Source: Opitutales bacterium
Lineage (GTDB): Bacteria > Verrucomicrobiota > Verrucomicrobiia > Opitutales > PNEW01
Reading direction: 5' to 3'
DNA: 64,000 nucleotides
Assembly: GCA_963692525.1 (NCBI GenBank)
Contig: OY829953.1
Location: 3,908,720 to 3,972,719 of the forward strand
Positions 20,729-30,292 of this stretch are shown here, piece after piece. Numbering within the stretch: position 1 is the stretch's first letter; each line of letters starts with the position of its first letter. The position numbers and the translations under genes are program-made. The notes below the pieces were generated by a model. The model worked only from the letters and a program-made list of their open reading frames with translations. It did not search any database and was not told where the DNA came from.

Positions 20729-21532
20729 ATGACACCAGAAGAAAGATACTTATTTGACCTTCAAGGTTTTCTATTCATACCAGGGGCGATTCCGCTGGGC
20801 TTGGTGCAACAAATGAATGATGAAATTGACAAGCTGGAACCGCTTAGTGATGCGGATGCGGCGCAATTGGGTTTCTACCGAAAATATCACGATGATAAAA
20901 AGAGTGGGTGGAGTGAAGAATATGATCCCGGTCGACCGCGCGATTATGACTGCAATATATTAAGAATAGGTGGACCTTTTGAGGCATTAGTCGACTGTCC
21001 TCAGACCCTGCCTTATATTGACGCGATGATCAACGAACCTCTCCGTCTTGATGGTTATATGTTTATGACACGCAATCAAGGGCGACACACAAATTTACAT
21101 CATGGCTATGCTGAGCTTTTATCTTACAGTGAATACGCGATTGATGAAGGGGAGTTTAAATGTGTAAGCGTGAAGGTTGCCTACGCACTGAGAGATGTCT
21201 CGATTGAAGAAGGTTCATTTGCCGTGATTCCGGGAAGCCATAAAAGTAATTTTGATAATCCTTTTGGAGGGGCGGTTCCCGATGAGAATCACCCGTTAAT
21301 TAAAGCCTGTCCGTGTAAAGCTGGAGATGCGGTGATATTCACCGAAGATCTTACCCACGGCGCAACAATCAATCAAAGCAATAAGACTCGTCGCACCCTG
21401 TTCATATCTTACGCGCCGGCATTTCAAACCCCCTGGGGGAAACTGGTGGATACAGCAGATGGTTTTGAGGAAAGAGCTACTCCCAGGCAATTGGAATTAA
21501 TTAAGGGACCCTCGCCATTTGCCATCGCATAA
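20729..21532 (+). CDS. Phytanoyl-CoA dioxygenase (PhyH) family Fe(II)/2OG oxygenase
   Basis: Contains FDLQGFL, FAVIPGSHKSNF and DLTHGA. AAGGAG lies 9 nt before ATG 20729; the ORF track began at TTG 20723. Confidence 0.75.
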   Translation: MTPEERYLFDLQGFLFIPGAIPLGLVQQMNDEIDKLEPLSDADAAQLGFYRKYHDDKKSGWSEEYDPGRPRDYDCNILRIGGPFEALVDCPQTLPYIDAMINEPLRLDGYMFMTRNQGRHTNLHHGYAELLSYSEYAIDEGEFKCVSVKVAYALRDVSIEEGSFAVIPGSHKSNFDNPFGGAVPDENHPLIKACPCKAGDAVIFTEDLTHGATINQSNKTRRTLFISYAPAFQTPWGKLVDTADGFEERATPRQLELIKGPSPFAIA

Positions 21533-21577
21533 GCTTTTTTAAAAAACACTATAATAATCTCCCGGTTACTGAATCAG

Positions 21578-22423
21578 ATGGAAAGTAAAGCTAAGAAAAA
21601 AGTAGAGCGAACAAATAAGTTGCAGACGGGAACCGGTGAACGTCACCTCTCAGATGAAGAGAGGCATTTTTTTGATGTCAGGGGATACCTGGTAGTGGAA
21701 AATTTCCTGAAGCCCGACCAGGTTAATGAAGCACGCGAAGCGCTGCAGAATACAGCTGAAAATCCCCTCGCGAGTATAACGGTCAATAAAAAAGATTCCG
21801 AATTTGAGCTGTTAAACATCGTTGAAAACGGTGGCATTATCGAGGATGCGATCACTTTCACGCGACTGCTCCAGGCAATGGAAGAAATAATCTGGGGCAG
21901 CCAGGTCAGGCTAGTCGCTTCCCGTGGACTGATCAGAGAACCCGGTAGTATAGAATTACTTACTCAAGGAGGAAAAGCTGATCCCAGGCGATATACAAGA
22001 TATCGCTGTTTTGTCGAAGGTGAATTTCGCTGCCTTATGACAACCTGTCTCGTTGCCCTTAATAATTGCGCGCATGGCAATGGAACGTTTTGTATAATTC
22101 CATCCAGTCATAAAAGTAATTTTTCCCACCCCTACAGCAACGTGTCCCTGGAAGCAGTTCCCGTCTTGAAAGACATCGCTCTAAAGGCCGGAGATGCGAT
22201 AATCTTCAGCGAAAATTTATCCCACGCGATGAAATCGCCAATTAATGAAACACACAATTGGCTCTCCTATCAATACGGTCCATCGTACATGTTGAGTTGG
22301 CCGGGTTGCGAAGCATCCATGGAACTACGCACAAGAACCGCGGATAGCGAAATTAAAACGCGCCTCTTAAAGACTCCCTATTACCACCCCTGGGATCATT
22401 ATTATAAAGATATTGTGGATTAG
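21578..22423 (+). CDS. Phytanoyl-CoA dioxygenase (PhyH) family protein, tandem paralog
   Basis: Contains FFDVRGYLVV, FCIIPSSHKSNF and NLSHA, with the same architecture as the upstream gene. Confidence 0.75.
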   Translation: MESKAKKKVERTNKLQTGTGERHLSDEERHFFDVRGYLVVENFLKPDQVNEAREALQNTAENPLASITVNKKDSEFELLNIVENGGIIEDAITFTRLLQAMEEIIWGSQVRLVASRGLIREPGSIELLTQGGKADPRRYTRYRCFVEGEFRCLMTTCLVALNNCAHGNGTFCIIPSSHKSNFSHPYSNVSLEAVPVLKDIALKAGDAIIFSENLSHAMKSPINETHNWLSYQYGPSYMLSWPGCEASMELRTRTADSEIKTRLLKTPYYHPWDHYYKDIVD

Positions 22424-22541
22424 GGGCAAAGGGGCAAAAAGATGTCATCGATATAACAGGTGTTTGATCAATTATTTCAGGTGGGGTTGCATTAAAATTA
22501 TTCCAATTGTAGCACGAAGCTCTATTTTCCATCTCTAAACA

Positions 22542-22573
22542 TTTTGACTTTTTGACCTTTTGACTTTTTGACT
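22542..22573 (+). repeat. (TTTTGACY)4 octamer array
   Basis: ttttgact ttttgacc ttttgact ttttgact, ending 8 nt before ATG 22582. It is identical to the array at 34291-34322. Confidence 0.9.
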
Positions 22574-22581
22574 TAACAACA

Positions 22582-23295
22582 ATGTCAACAGTGCTTATAA
22601 CTGGAGCAAACCGCGGAATTGGCCTGGCTTTGGTCAAAGAATTTCTAAAACAAGGTGACCGCGTTATTGCTACCGCTCGTCAACCTGACAAGGCAGATGA
22701 GTTAAATGCATTGAGCAAAACTTACCACGAACCGAATTACACTGTCATTCCAATGGATGTCACAAATGCCGATTCGGTGAATCAGGCTTATTCAAAAATC
22801 GCTCAATCATTTTCCAGCCTCGATATTCTCATAAATAACGCGGGTGTGAATCCTGATTCAAAAGATGAAAAATTTGAAGATATGGACATTGCGCATTTTG
22901 AGATGGCCTTCGATGTTAATGTTGTCGGCGTCGCACGTGTCTCTCGGAGTTTACTTCCGCTCCTCAGAAAAGGTAATGAACCGCGCATCATTAATATTTC
23001 ATCCGGCGCGGGATCAATAGCGATAAAAACTAATTTTAAACTCTACAGTTACAGTACTTCAAAAGCGGCATTAAACATGTTTTCCCGCACATTGGCCGCT
23101 GAATTAAAACCGGAGGAGATAATTGTTGTTGCCCTCAGTCCCGGCTGGGTCAGGACGGATATGGGAGGAGATGACGCTGAGATTTCACCAGAAGAATCGG
23201 CAAATTGCATCGTCAACACCGCTCATCGATTGACGATGGACAATTCAAGCCAGTTTTTTGGTCGTGACGGCAATCAGGACGATTATAATTGGTAA
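22582..23295 (+). CDS. Short-chain dehydrogenase/reductase
   Basis: Contains ITGANRGIGLA, NNAG and YSTSKAA motifs. Confidence 0.85.
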   Translation: MSTVLITGANRGIGLALVKEFLKQGDRVIATARQPDKADELNALSKTYHEPNYTVIPMDVTNADSVNQAYSKIAQSFSSLDILINNAGVNPDSKDEKFEDMDIAHFEMAFDVNVVGVARVSRSLLPLLRKGNEPRIINISSGAGSIAIKTNFKLYSYSTSKAALNMFSRTLAAELKPEEIIVVALSPGWVRTDMGGDDAEISPEESANCIVNTAHRLTMDNSSQFFGRDGNQDDYNW

Positions 23296-23356
23296 CACAG
23301 CTTTTACTCTGTTTTTAAATAGTCATTTTGAAGCAACAGATTAATAAATATAAGCA

Positions 23357-24148
23357 ATGAGTGATTTTGATTTAAGTTATGATTACAATTTAGGGTACGA
23401 CTATGTAAACTCGTTCGTCCAGTGGGACCAGAATACAGCGGACACTACACCGCGGTGCGCTTTGCACGCCAGTTGTAAAATACGTGGCAAAGGTGAAGAA
23501 TTCAGGGAGTATTTTTTAAGTCATCCCTGCGCGGGAGAAAAGATGTACGCGGAAAAGAATATTATAGCCCAACCCACGATGGAGTTTCATATTGTTTTTA
23601 GTGATGATGGACAATTCATGATTGTAAAACAATTTGATGACGCACCCGGTTTTGAACGCATGTCTTATCGCGTGGGTGATATTGTCGGTTCTAAACACAA
23701 CAAAGTGACGACGATTGATAAAATGGAAAGTGCACTGCGCTATTTTGTCGAAGTGGCGGAAATGACCAGCTACAAGGAAGTCCACGATGCGATGATGGAG
23801 AATAAACCCATCCTCGGAAGAACGCGTTACCTCACTTCAAATGGCGATGAAGAAATTGAGGTGGTGACTGAATACCCGGTAACCGTTATGAACGCCCGCC
23901 ACGAGCATGATAGCTGGCAGGTCGATACGGGCCCTATGCTCCTCCCCGATTTTTCAATTGAGCATGAACTCGAAGTATCCATCTTTCGACAGGCCTATGT
24001 TGTCTTTAACCGTTGGGACTACTCCGAATACGCGATGCGATTGCCGATAAAAATCGAAGGTGCCAGCTATCCTGTGCTTCATTATACGAATTGCGGCGCG
24101 CTTGGAACTGAGGTGCGCAATCAGTTGTACGTGGTTAAAGTTATTTAA
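23357..24148 (+). CDS. Hypothetical protein
   Basis: A 263-aa ORF with coding-like composition. No family was recognised. Confidence 0.5.
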   Translation: MSDFDLSYDYNLGYDYVNSFVQWDQNTADTTPRCALHASCKIRGKGEEFREYFLSHPCAGEKMYAEKNIIAQPTMEFHIVFSDDGQFMIVKQFDDAPGFERMSYRVGDIVGSKHNKVTTIDKMESALRYFVEVAEMTSYKEVHDAMMENKPILGRTRYLTSNGDEEIEVVTEYPVTVMNARHEHDSWQVDTGPMLLPDFSIEHELEVSIFRQAYVVFNRWDYSEYAMRLPIKIEGASYPVLHYTNCGALGTEVRNQLYVVKVI

Positions 24149-24259
24149 CCGGTAATCACTGCCAAAGGGTATAGGGTTAACCTATGGCTAATTTTATAAT
24201 CATTGACGATGATTTAGGTATTTTTATATCATATTTTTACACGCAACCATTGTGAATAA

Positions 24260-24877
24260 ATGAAAAAACTGCTTATTATTTTTGTCGTCATGGTTCTTTT
24301 CGCGGGCGGCTTTATTGCATACATTAAATTTTTTGCTGGAAAAAAATTGCCCAAAGCAGCCAAAACGCTCGTTGAAGTAACTGACAACCCGAAAATTCTT
24401 CCGCATTTTGTGGAATCGAATACTTACTTTGAAGAATCCATGGATTACCTCGTTGAAGACGCTGTCCCACCTTCGATACTATCCGATAATTCAGTAGGTG
24501 CTTCCTCTCAAATGCCGGCAAGTGTGCCTAAGACCGGTTCAGAACTTGAAATTGCTTTACCCGAAAATGATTGGGATGGCACGGTCCTGGTTCCGGATAT
24601 GAAATTGATGTCAAAAGCCTACAATTCATCTGTTTCTCTGCCTCGGGTCGAAGCTCATCCTTTGCAGAACAATCGTATTCGTGTTTGGGCGCGTATCCAA
24701 AATGAAACCAGAGGACCGCTCCGTCTCCAGGTAGCCTGCACCTTTCGCATCGAGGGAAGCCTCGATCATCAACAAAGCGGGTCTCAATTATTAACCCTGG
24801 CCAAAGGGACTTACCAGGATGTTATGTTTAATTCCCCTTCGGATGGGGTGCTTTCATACACCGTGCTCGTAAAGTAA
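24260..24877 (+). CDS. Hypothetical membrane-anchored protein
   Basis: It has an N-terminal TM helix (LLIIFVVMVLFAGGFIAYI) and a beta-rich C-terminal half. Confidence 0.5.
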   Translation: MKKLLIIFVVMVLFAGGFIAYIKFFAGKKLPKAAKTLVEVTDNPKILPHFVESNTYFEESMDYLVEDAVPPSILSDNSVGASSQMPASVPKTGSELEIALPENDWDGTVLVPDMKLMSKAYNSSVSLPRVEAHPLQNNRIRVWARIQNETRGPLRLQVACTFRIEGSLDHQQSGSQLLTLAKGTYQDVMFNSPSDGVLSYTVLVK

Positions 24878-24898
24878 ATTGAAAATCTAAAGATTTTC

Positions 24899-25022
24899 AG
24901 TGTTACGTTTTAGGTGTTAGGTTTTAAGTTTAATTCAAAAGATAGGTTCTAAACTAATAATTCCCAAATAAGTTAACGTTTTTGTGACGATACTTAACAC
25001 CTAACACCTAAAACGTAACACT
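24899..25022. repeat. 31-bp inverted repeat with 62-nt spacer
   Basis: The arm AGTGTTACGTTTTAGGTGTTAGGTTTTAAGT (24899-24929) pairs with 24992-25022 with one mismatch. TAACACTGCGACAGC then follows twice (25016-25030 and 25034-25048). Confidence 0.85.
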
Positions 25023-25065
25023 GCGACAGCCCCTAACACTGCGACAGCATACTTGTCTTAACCGA

Positions 25066-26208
25066 TTAAACAGCGACTTGTGCTTGAGCTCTAGTTTTTC
25101 GCGAAGCGCGAATGGCCTGACCAACGAGAGGAATGCATTTATGAATGTCATCCAGGCTGCAATAACCGAAAGCCAAGCGGAGAAAGGGAATATCCTTTTC
25201 ATTCACATGGTAGGCAGATCCAGGACCATACAGGATCCCTTCTTTTTCAAGAAGTGCCTCGAGCTTTAGTCTATCTACGTCGCTGGGAAATTGCACCCAG
25301 ATAAAAATACCACCAACAGGATGTGACCAGGTACAAATATCACTCACGCTAGATTCCAAACCGGCATAAACCGCATCTCTTTTTTCTTTCAGTACCAGGT
25401 TAGCTTTAGTGACATAGTCCCAAAGATTATCTTTAAGATAGGCCGCACAAACAGAAGCAGCCAAAAGGCTGTTCCCTCCGTCAAAACGACGTTCCATGAT
25501 GCGATCGAGCATGGGTTGCCGAGCGATAAGATAGCCTAAACGAAGGCCCGGTCCCAATATTTTCGAAAGCGAACATAAATAAATAATATTGGGACTTTCA
25601 CTCAAAGCATGAAGGGAGGGTTCTTTTTCACCTTCAAAATGAACATCTCCATAACAATTATCATCCACCACTACGGTGTTATATTTAAGCGCGACATCAA
25701 TAAGTTCCAAGCGACGGGATTTAGGCATCAGGATGCCCGTGGGATTATGGTATGTCGGTAAAGTATAGATAAAACGAGGAGGGGTACCTTTTGCGTGGAG
25801 TTCCTGCAACGTCTTTTCCAGAGCATCTATTTTCATTCCGTGTTCATCCATGGGAATACCAACCAGTTGTGCTCCCAGGCTTTTATAAATGCTGAGCGTC
25901 CCCGAATAAGTCAGCTCTTCAGTTATAATGATATCTCCCGGTCTTTCCATGAGTGCTTCAGCGATAAGAGTAACCGGCTGCATTGAACCATTCATTAAGG
26001 ATATATTATCTGGAGAAACCTCCACCCCTTCACGCTGGGATTCTCTCTCAGCCATCACTTCACGCAGCCCAAGATGTCCCAGTTCTCCAGGGTATCGCGC
26101 AAAATCAATACCGACCTCATTAATCGCTTTAACCGCGTACTCCGCTATATGTGCCGCGGGAAATGAAGCTGGATCAGTGCATCCGGAACGAAAATCATAA
26201 GTTTTCAT
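25066..26208 (-). CDS. PLP-dependent aminotransferase (class I/II)
   Basis: Contains YTLPTYHNPTG and SLSKILGPGLRLGY (the PLP lysine region). Confidence 0.85.
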   Translation of the reverse strand: MKTYDFRSGCTDPASFPAAHIAEYAVKAINEVGIDFARYPGELGHLGLREVMAERESQREGVEVSPDNISLMNGSMQPVTLIAEALMERPGDIIITEELTYSGTLSIYKSLGAQLVGIPMDEHGMKIDALEKTLQELHAKGTPPRFIYTLPTYHNPTGILMPKSRRLELIDVALKYNTVVVDDNCYGDVHFEGEKEPSLHALSESPNIIYLCSLSKILGPGLRLGYLIARQPMLDRIMERRFDGGNSLLAASVCAAYLKDNLWDYVTKANLVLKEKRDAVYAGLESSVSDICTWSHPVGGIFIWVQFPSDVDRLKLEALLEKEGILYGPGSAYHVNEKDIPFLRLAFGYCSLDDIHKCIPLVGQAIRASRKTRAQAQVAV

Positions 26209-26404
26209 AATTTCTTTCGATTAATTTTATAAAGCAGAATATTAAGCCAAATTTTAAAAAGCAAAAGAATATAAACAGCTATACCTATAATTCACACCCT
26301 GGACTCCAGATATATCTTCGGTTGTAGTTTTCGATCAAAACACGGCCGAATAACGAAGCAACCCTGGTAATAATAATCAACGGACTTAGGATAACGTGTA
26401 ATAG

Positions 26405-26820
26405 CTCTTCGTCTTCGCTTGCCACGTCGTAGACTTCTGCGAAGACGGGTATGCCTTCATCGTCTTGTAGGTTACACCTTGATACTTCATAAATATTGTA
26501 GCTTAAGGTGGAGCGGGCTGCGATTCGGCTGAGCTCATCGAAGTCCTGTCCGACATAGCCTTGGCGACAGCTGATCTCAAGCACGCTTCTTCAATTACGA
26601 CATAATTAAACGCGCTAGGGACAGCGCGTTCCACCTTAATATTGCCATAGAAATATGGAGGGCAACGCTCCTGCTTGTCGGCCATAGCCATGGCGTCGGC
26701 TGATCGTGGCCGTTGACAACATTTCAAAGCGGACGCAATGGAATGCGTCCCTCCATTCCTTATAAAATAATAGGATCTCTATAACAGACGAAGAGACTGA
26801 CGGGGACGAAGACGAAGATT
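26405..26820. mobile_element. Family-A element, 416 bp, longest copy
   Basis: CTCTTCGTCTTCGC on the left and GACGAAGACGAAGATT on the right, with all modules present (see findings). ORF-track entries 26285..26584 and 26503..26727 lie inside it and are not credible. Confidence 0.65.
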
Positions 26821-27127
26821 AATAGAATACACACCCCTCCGGGGCTTAGTTAAAGCTCCCCTCGTAACAGGGCAGAAGTGTGCGTGGCTAGTTTTTAATA
26901 GCGCTTCGACCTAAGTATAATCGGAAGAGTGGATGGGTGGATTATTTCCATCAGTCAACATCCAGTCTTCCAAACTTCTATCCATCCACTTTCTTTTATT
27001 ACACCTTCACCCGGATAGCCAGTCCTGGAATAATAAGCACCGAATTACCTCTTATTATATAAAGAAAGAAAGATTCAGGAATAACATGAAAAGTGCCTGA
27101 TATTGTTAACTTAAAATAAATACTGAA

Positions 27128-27685
27128 ATGAAAATAAAAATGATAAGAGTAATACTGGCGTCACTAATTTTTACATTAGCAGGATCTGCACATGGGTTTA
27201 CATTAGTTGGATCCTTGTATACTTTAGATGATAGTAGAGTAAAAATATCTGCCTACGATACACTATACGTTAAAATTAATGATCAAACAGGCGTATTTTC
27301 AACTGACGGTTATCTTTCAGACATTGGAGAGAAAGATCGTTTTAACCATCTAAGCCAGAGTATTAGCTCGGTCATTGAAAACAAAGAAATTCCGGTTGAT
27401 TTAAAGTTTGTTCGTTCCGGCAGTGACACTCCGGATGGTGTAACGGTCCTGAATATTGGTCTATTATCCTGGAGAATAAACCGTTTAGGTGAATTTGAGA
27501 CGCGTTTATCTGCCACCCTGAGTTCACCAGGTGGAAAGGAAAAACTTGGTATTTTTGTCGGGCGTTATATTACGATCGATTTCAATCCACCGGCGACGAC
27601 GATCGAACACTTGAAAACCTCTGCCCGTCGCGCTGCAGAGAAGCTAATCCCGGAACTTCAGTTTAGAATTATTAGCTCAAGCTAG
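27128..27685 (+). CDS. Hypothetical secreted protein
   Basis: Signal peptide (VILASLIFTLAGSAHG) and AT-rich composition. No family was recognised. Confidence 0.5.
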   Translation: MKIKMIRVILASLIFTLAGSAHGFTLVGSLYTLDDSRVKISAYDTLYVKINDQTGVFSTDGYLSDIGEKDRFNHLSQSISSVIENKEIPVDLKFVRSGSDTPDGVTVLNIGLLSWRINRLGEFETRLSATLSSPGGKEKLGIFVGRYITIDFNPPATTIEHLKTSARRAAEKLIPELQFRIISSS

Positions 27686-27740
27686 CTAATTCTATTTATT
27701 TAATAAGGTAAGAAAAGAGATTAATTACTCTTCGACTACG

Positions 27741-27774
27741 CCGTCAGTTCACACCCGTGATCTGACGGTTTTTC
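27741..27774 (+). terminator. Rho-independent terminator
   Basis: Stem CCGTCAG (27741-47) / CTGACGG (27762-68) followed by TTTTT, 55 nt after the stop at 27685. Confidence 0.7.
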
Positions 27775-28237
27775 TGTACAATAAATCCAACTGGTTATGT
27801 ATATACAGCGTAAACAATAAGGATTTATTCCTGTAAGCAATTGAATCGTTATCGCAAACTGAGTAATCATTAGTCGTAACTAAAAACTAGAGCCGCAGTT
27901 TTTAAGGTATGATTTTCTCTATTTGATAGAGCTTAAAACCTGGGTTTTACTTTTTTTTAAAATTCCAGTTAGCTTCAACGCTGCTCGCCAATTTTCACGC
28001 CTTGGATGAGTAATATCTCGGCTTGAAATTTTCGCCTATACCCTTGCGTATATCTGCGAAAGTCAGCCACTTGGGAATAATAGACGTTAGGGTCACAAGT
28101 AACGGCCACCCCATAGTACCATCACATTGGTAATCAGTGATTTTCACATTTTATTGACATGTGTTTTAGCACTATATTGTCGTCATTTTGAGTAGATACT
28201 GTAATATTAAAATCACTAACCATTAATTATTCTTATA

Positions 28238-28912
28238 ATGAAAACAATACCTACAATTGCAGAAATTTTTGTCGATGATCACACACGAAGATTAAATTTA
28301 CTTTTTCTTTTTTTGATAGCAATCAGTGCCGGTTTAATTTTCGGCGGCTGCACACAGACAACCTACACTTTTAAAGTAGATGCCATTAATAATCAGCAGA
28401 TGCTGGGAAACCTACCTGAATCCTATAAACTTGTTAGCTCGGTAATAAACGTTGAAGATCAACCGTTAATATTTGAAGAGACATCTGATTATATTAAAAC
28501 CGCACTATCGGGCAAAGGCTACTATGAAGCACCCGATCCTGATCAGGCGGAAATGGTTGTCGCTATTTCCTGCGGAGTGGGCGGACCGCAAACGACAAGC
28601 TTTAAAAGAGTCAGAGATCCCATTATCGGATCCAGCACGATGGTCGAAGAAAGTTACTACCCAGTTACAACCTATGAAAAGCACCTGCGTATGGAATCAA
28701 GTGACATTCGGCAGTTAGCTGAAAAAAAGAGGGCGACCCAGATTTGGAGGGTTGATATAAGATACTCAGATGAAAATTCAGATCTGAAAAAATATTTACC
28801 GATTATGGCTGCGGCGGCTATTCCCTATATTGGTGAAAAAACAGACGGCCTGGTAGAAATTGTTATCAAAGAAAACGACTCCGCTGTAAGTTTTATTAAA
28901 GAGGGTATTTAA
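28238..28912 (+). CDS. Hypothetical lipoprotein
   Basis: Hydrophobic leader ending LIFGGC (lipobox-like). AT-rich, and no family was recognised. Confidence 0.5.
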   Translation: MKTIPTIAEIFVDDHTRRLNLLFLFLIAISAGLIFGGCTQTTYTFKVDAINNQQMLGNLPESYKLVSSVINVEDQPLIFEETSDYIKTALSGKGYYEAPDPDQAEMVVAISCGVGGPQTTSFKRVRDPIIGSSTMVEESYYPVTTYEKHLRMESSDIRQLAEKKRATQIWRVDIRYSDENSDLKKYLPIMAAAAIPYIGEKTDGLVEIVIKENDSAVSFIKEGI

Positions 28913-28956
28913 TCTCTCAACAGCCTCAGAGTAGAACTCATTAGTGTTTGCTCAAT

Positions 28957-29000
28957 AAAAAAAGCGAAGTGCGCCTAAGCAGCGCGCTTCACTTTAGTTT
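28957..29000. terminator. Bidirectional terminator hairpin
   Basis: A7, then stem GAAGTGCGC / GCGCGCTTC (one G-U pair) with a 7-nt loop, then ACTTTAGTTT. On the minus strand the stem is followed by T7, so it serves the receiver gene ending at 29109. Confidence 0.6.
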
Positions 29001-29108
29001 GTGAGATCTTTGATTTAGTTTTATCTAAACTTATACGTGATAATCTGAGCAGATTACAATGTATTGGCTAATAGCCCGGTAAAATTCAATTAGCGTAATA
29101 CGACACTT

Positions 29109-29531
29109 CTATGAAACCGCTTTTGATAGTCCTGAATTCTGTAATTCAGAGCTATAATAAGTTTCCCCTTCGCTGATCGTCTTTACCGCGTGGTAAAATT
29201 CTTCAAATCCAGAAGTTTTAATCACATACCCATCGGCCTTTCCTTCGACTGCAATGTCATAAATCCTTTTCTCAGCAATACCCGAAAATATAATAACTTT
29301 CGTATCAGGTATTTTGCGTTTTAGAAAATGTAATATCTCAAGGCCATTTATAACCGGCAAATAAAGATCTAAGATTACGAGATCTGGATTCAGTCTGACG
29401 CAGTCGTCTTTTGCTTCAACGCCATCCTCACTGATTCCCACTATTTTATGATCCGGTATTATTTCATTTAAATACCTGATGAGAAGATTACGCACGATTT
29501 CATCATCTTCGATAATATAAATATTTTTCAT
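29109..29531 (-). CDS. Stand-alone response-regulator receiver (NarL-type receiver without HTH)
   Basis: IIEDD, VILDLYLPVINGLE, VIIFSG and YVIKT motifs are present. The protein stops right after a linker-like SEGETYYSS segment. No DNA-binding domain and no kinase nearby. Confidence 0.8.
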   Translation of the reverse strand: MKNIYIIEDDEIVRNLLIRYLNEIIPDHKIVGISEDGVEAKDDCVRLNPDLVILDLYLPVINGLEILHFLKRKIPDTKVIIFSGIAEKRIYDIAVEGKADGYVIKTSGFEEFYHAVKTISEGETYYSSELQNSGLSKAVS

Positions 29532-30115
29532 GTTTTAAGAGTCGGTTTAGATTATTACTTAATCGACCATTAATAATTGGAGTTAAGTCATTCACCTTTT
29601 CATCCTACTATCCCTATCAGTGCTCCAGTTAAAAACAGTTAATCCGGTAAACGATTTCAATCTCTCTGTCATTCCACTGTCCCTGCCATACAACGATTTA
29701 CAACAAATACTATTTATATATTAAGCGATTCTTTAAGCAAGAGTCATTGCTATTTAGATTCCATTTTTACATTTCTTTAACCAACAATTCCTCTAAATGA
29801 TGAGCTTGGAAAACACTCATTATAAGGTTCAACACTTATATTATAATGAAGTGAACAGATATCTAATACTCACGCTATCAGAACCCAACCAGGCTTTGAA
29901 AGCGTGTCTCTTAACCCTTCCGATTTACGCTCATTGGAGGGACTAATAATCTTTTGTGAATCTTAATAATCTTAAAATAATTCGATGGTATATAACTATC
30001 CAGGCAGCGTATCATTTATGAAATCCCCACCGATTAGTTCAAGTATTGACTTTGCTTTTAAAATGAGTAACTAAATATGCACCGAATGGTTTTTTAACTA
30101 AAAATTAATTAGCTC

Positions 30116-30292
30116 ATGAATTACGAGGAAGCACAAAAAGCAAAAGAAGAAGCTGAAGTTACATTAAAAAAGTACGCAGAACTTCAGGATATTTACAAGC
30201 AGCATGGTTATGATAACAACATAGATTTTATCAAAGCATTACTGGAGCTTGAAACTGAAAAAAATCGTATGCGGATTTTTGAAAGCTCTTAG
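30116..30292 (+). CDS. Possible small ORF (58 aa, helical, Lys/Glu-rich)
   Basis: An ATG-to-TAG frame below the ORF-track cutoff, and the only open frame in an 0.8-kb gap. There is no clear SD. Confidence 0.2.
   Translation: MNYEEAQKAKEEAEVTLKKYAELQDIYKQHGYDNNIDFIKALLELETEKNRMRIFESS

Noticed and set aside
26285-26727. ORFs 26285..26584 and 26503..26727 (minus strand)
   Set aside because: Both lie inside the 416-bp repeat element. They overlap each other in different frames and have no start context.
29532-30115. Possible decayed gene or ncRNA in the 0.8-kb ORF-free gap
   Set aside because: I could not find a convincing reading frame remnant, a terminator-bounded unit or a recognisable RNA motif by eye. 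It is kept only as part of the AT-rich-patch finding.
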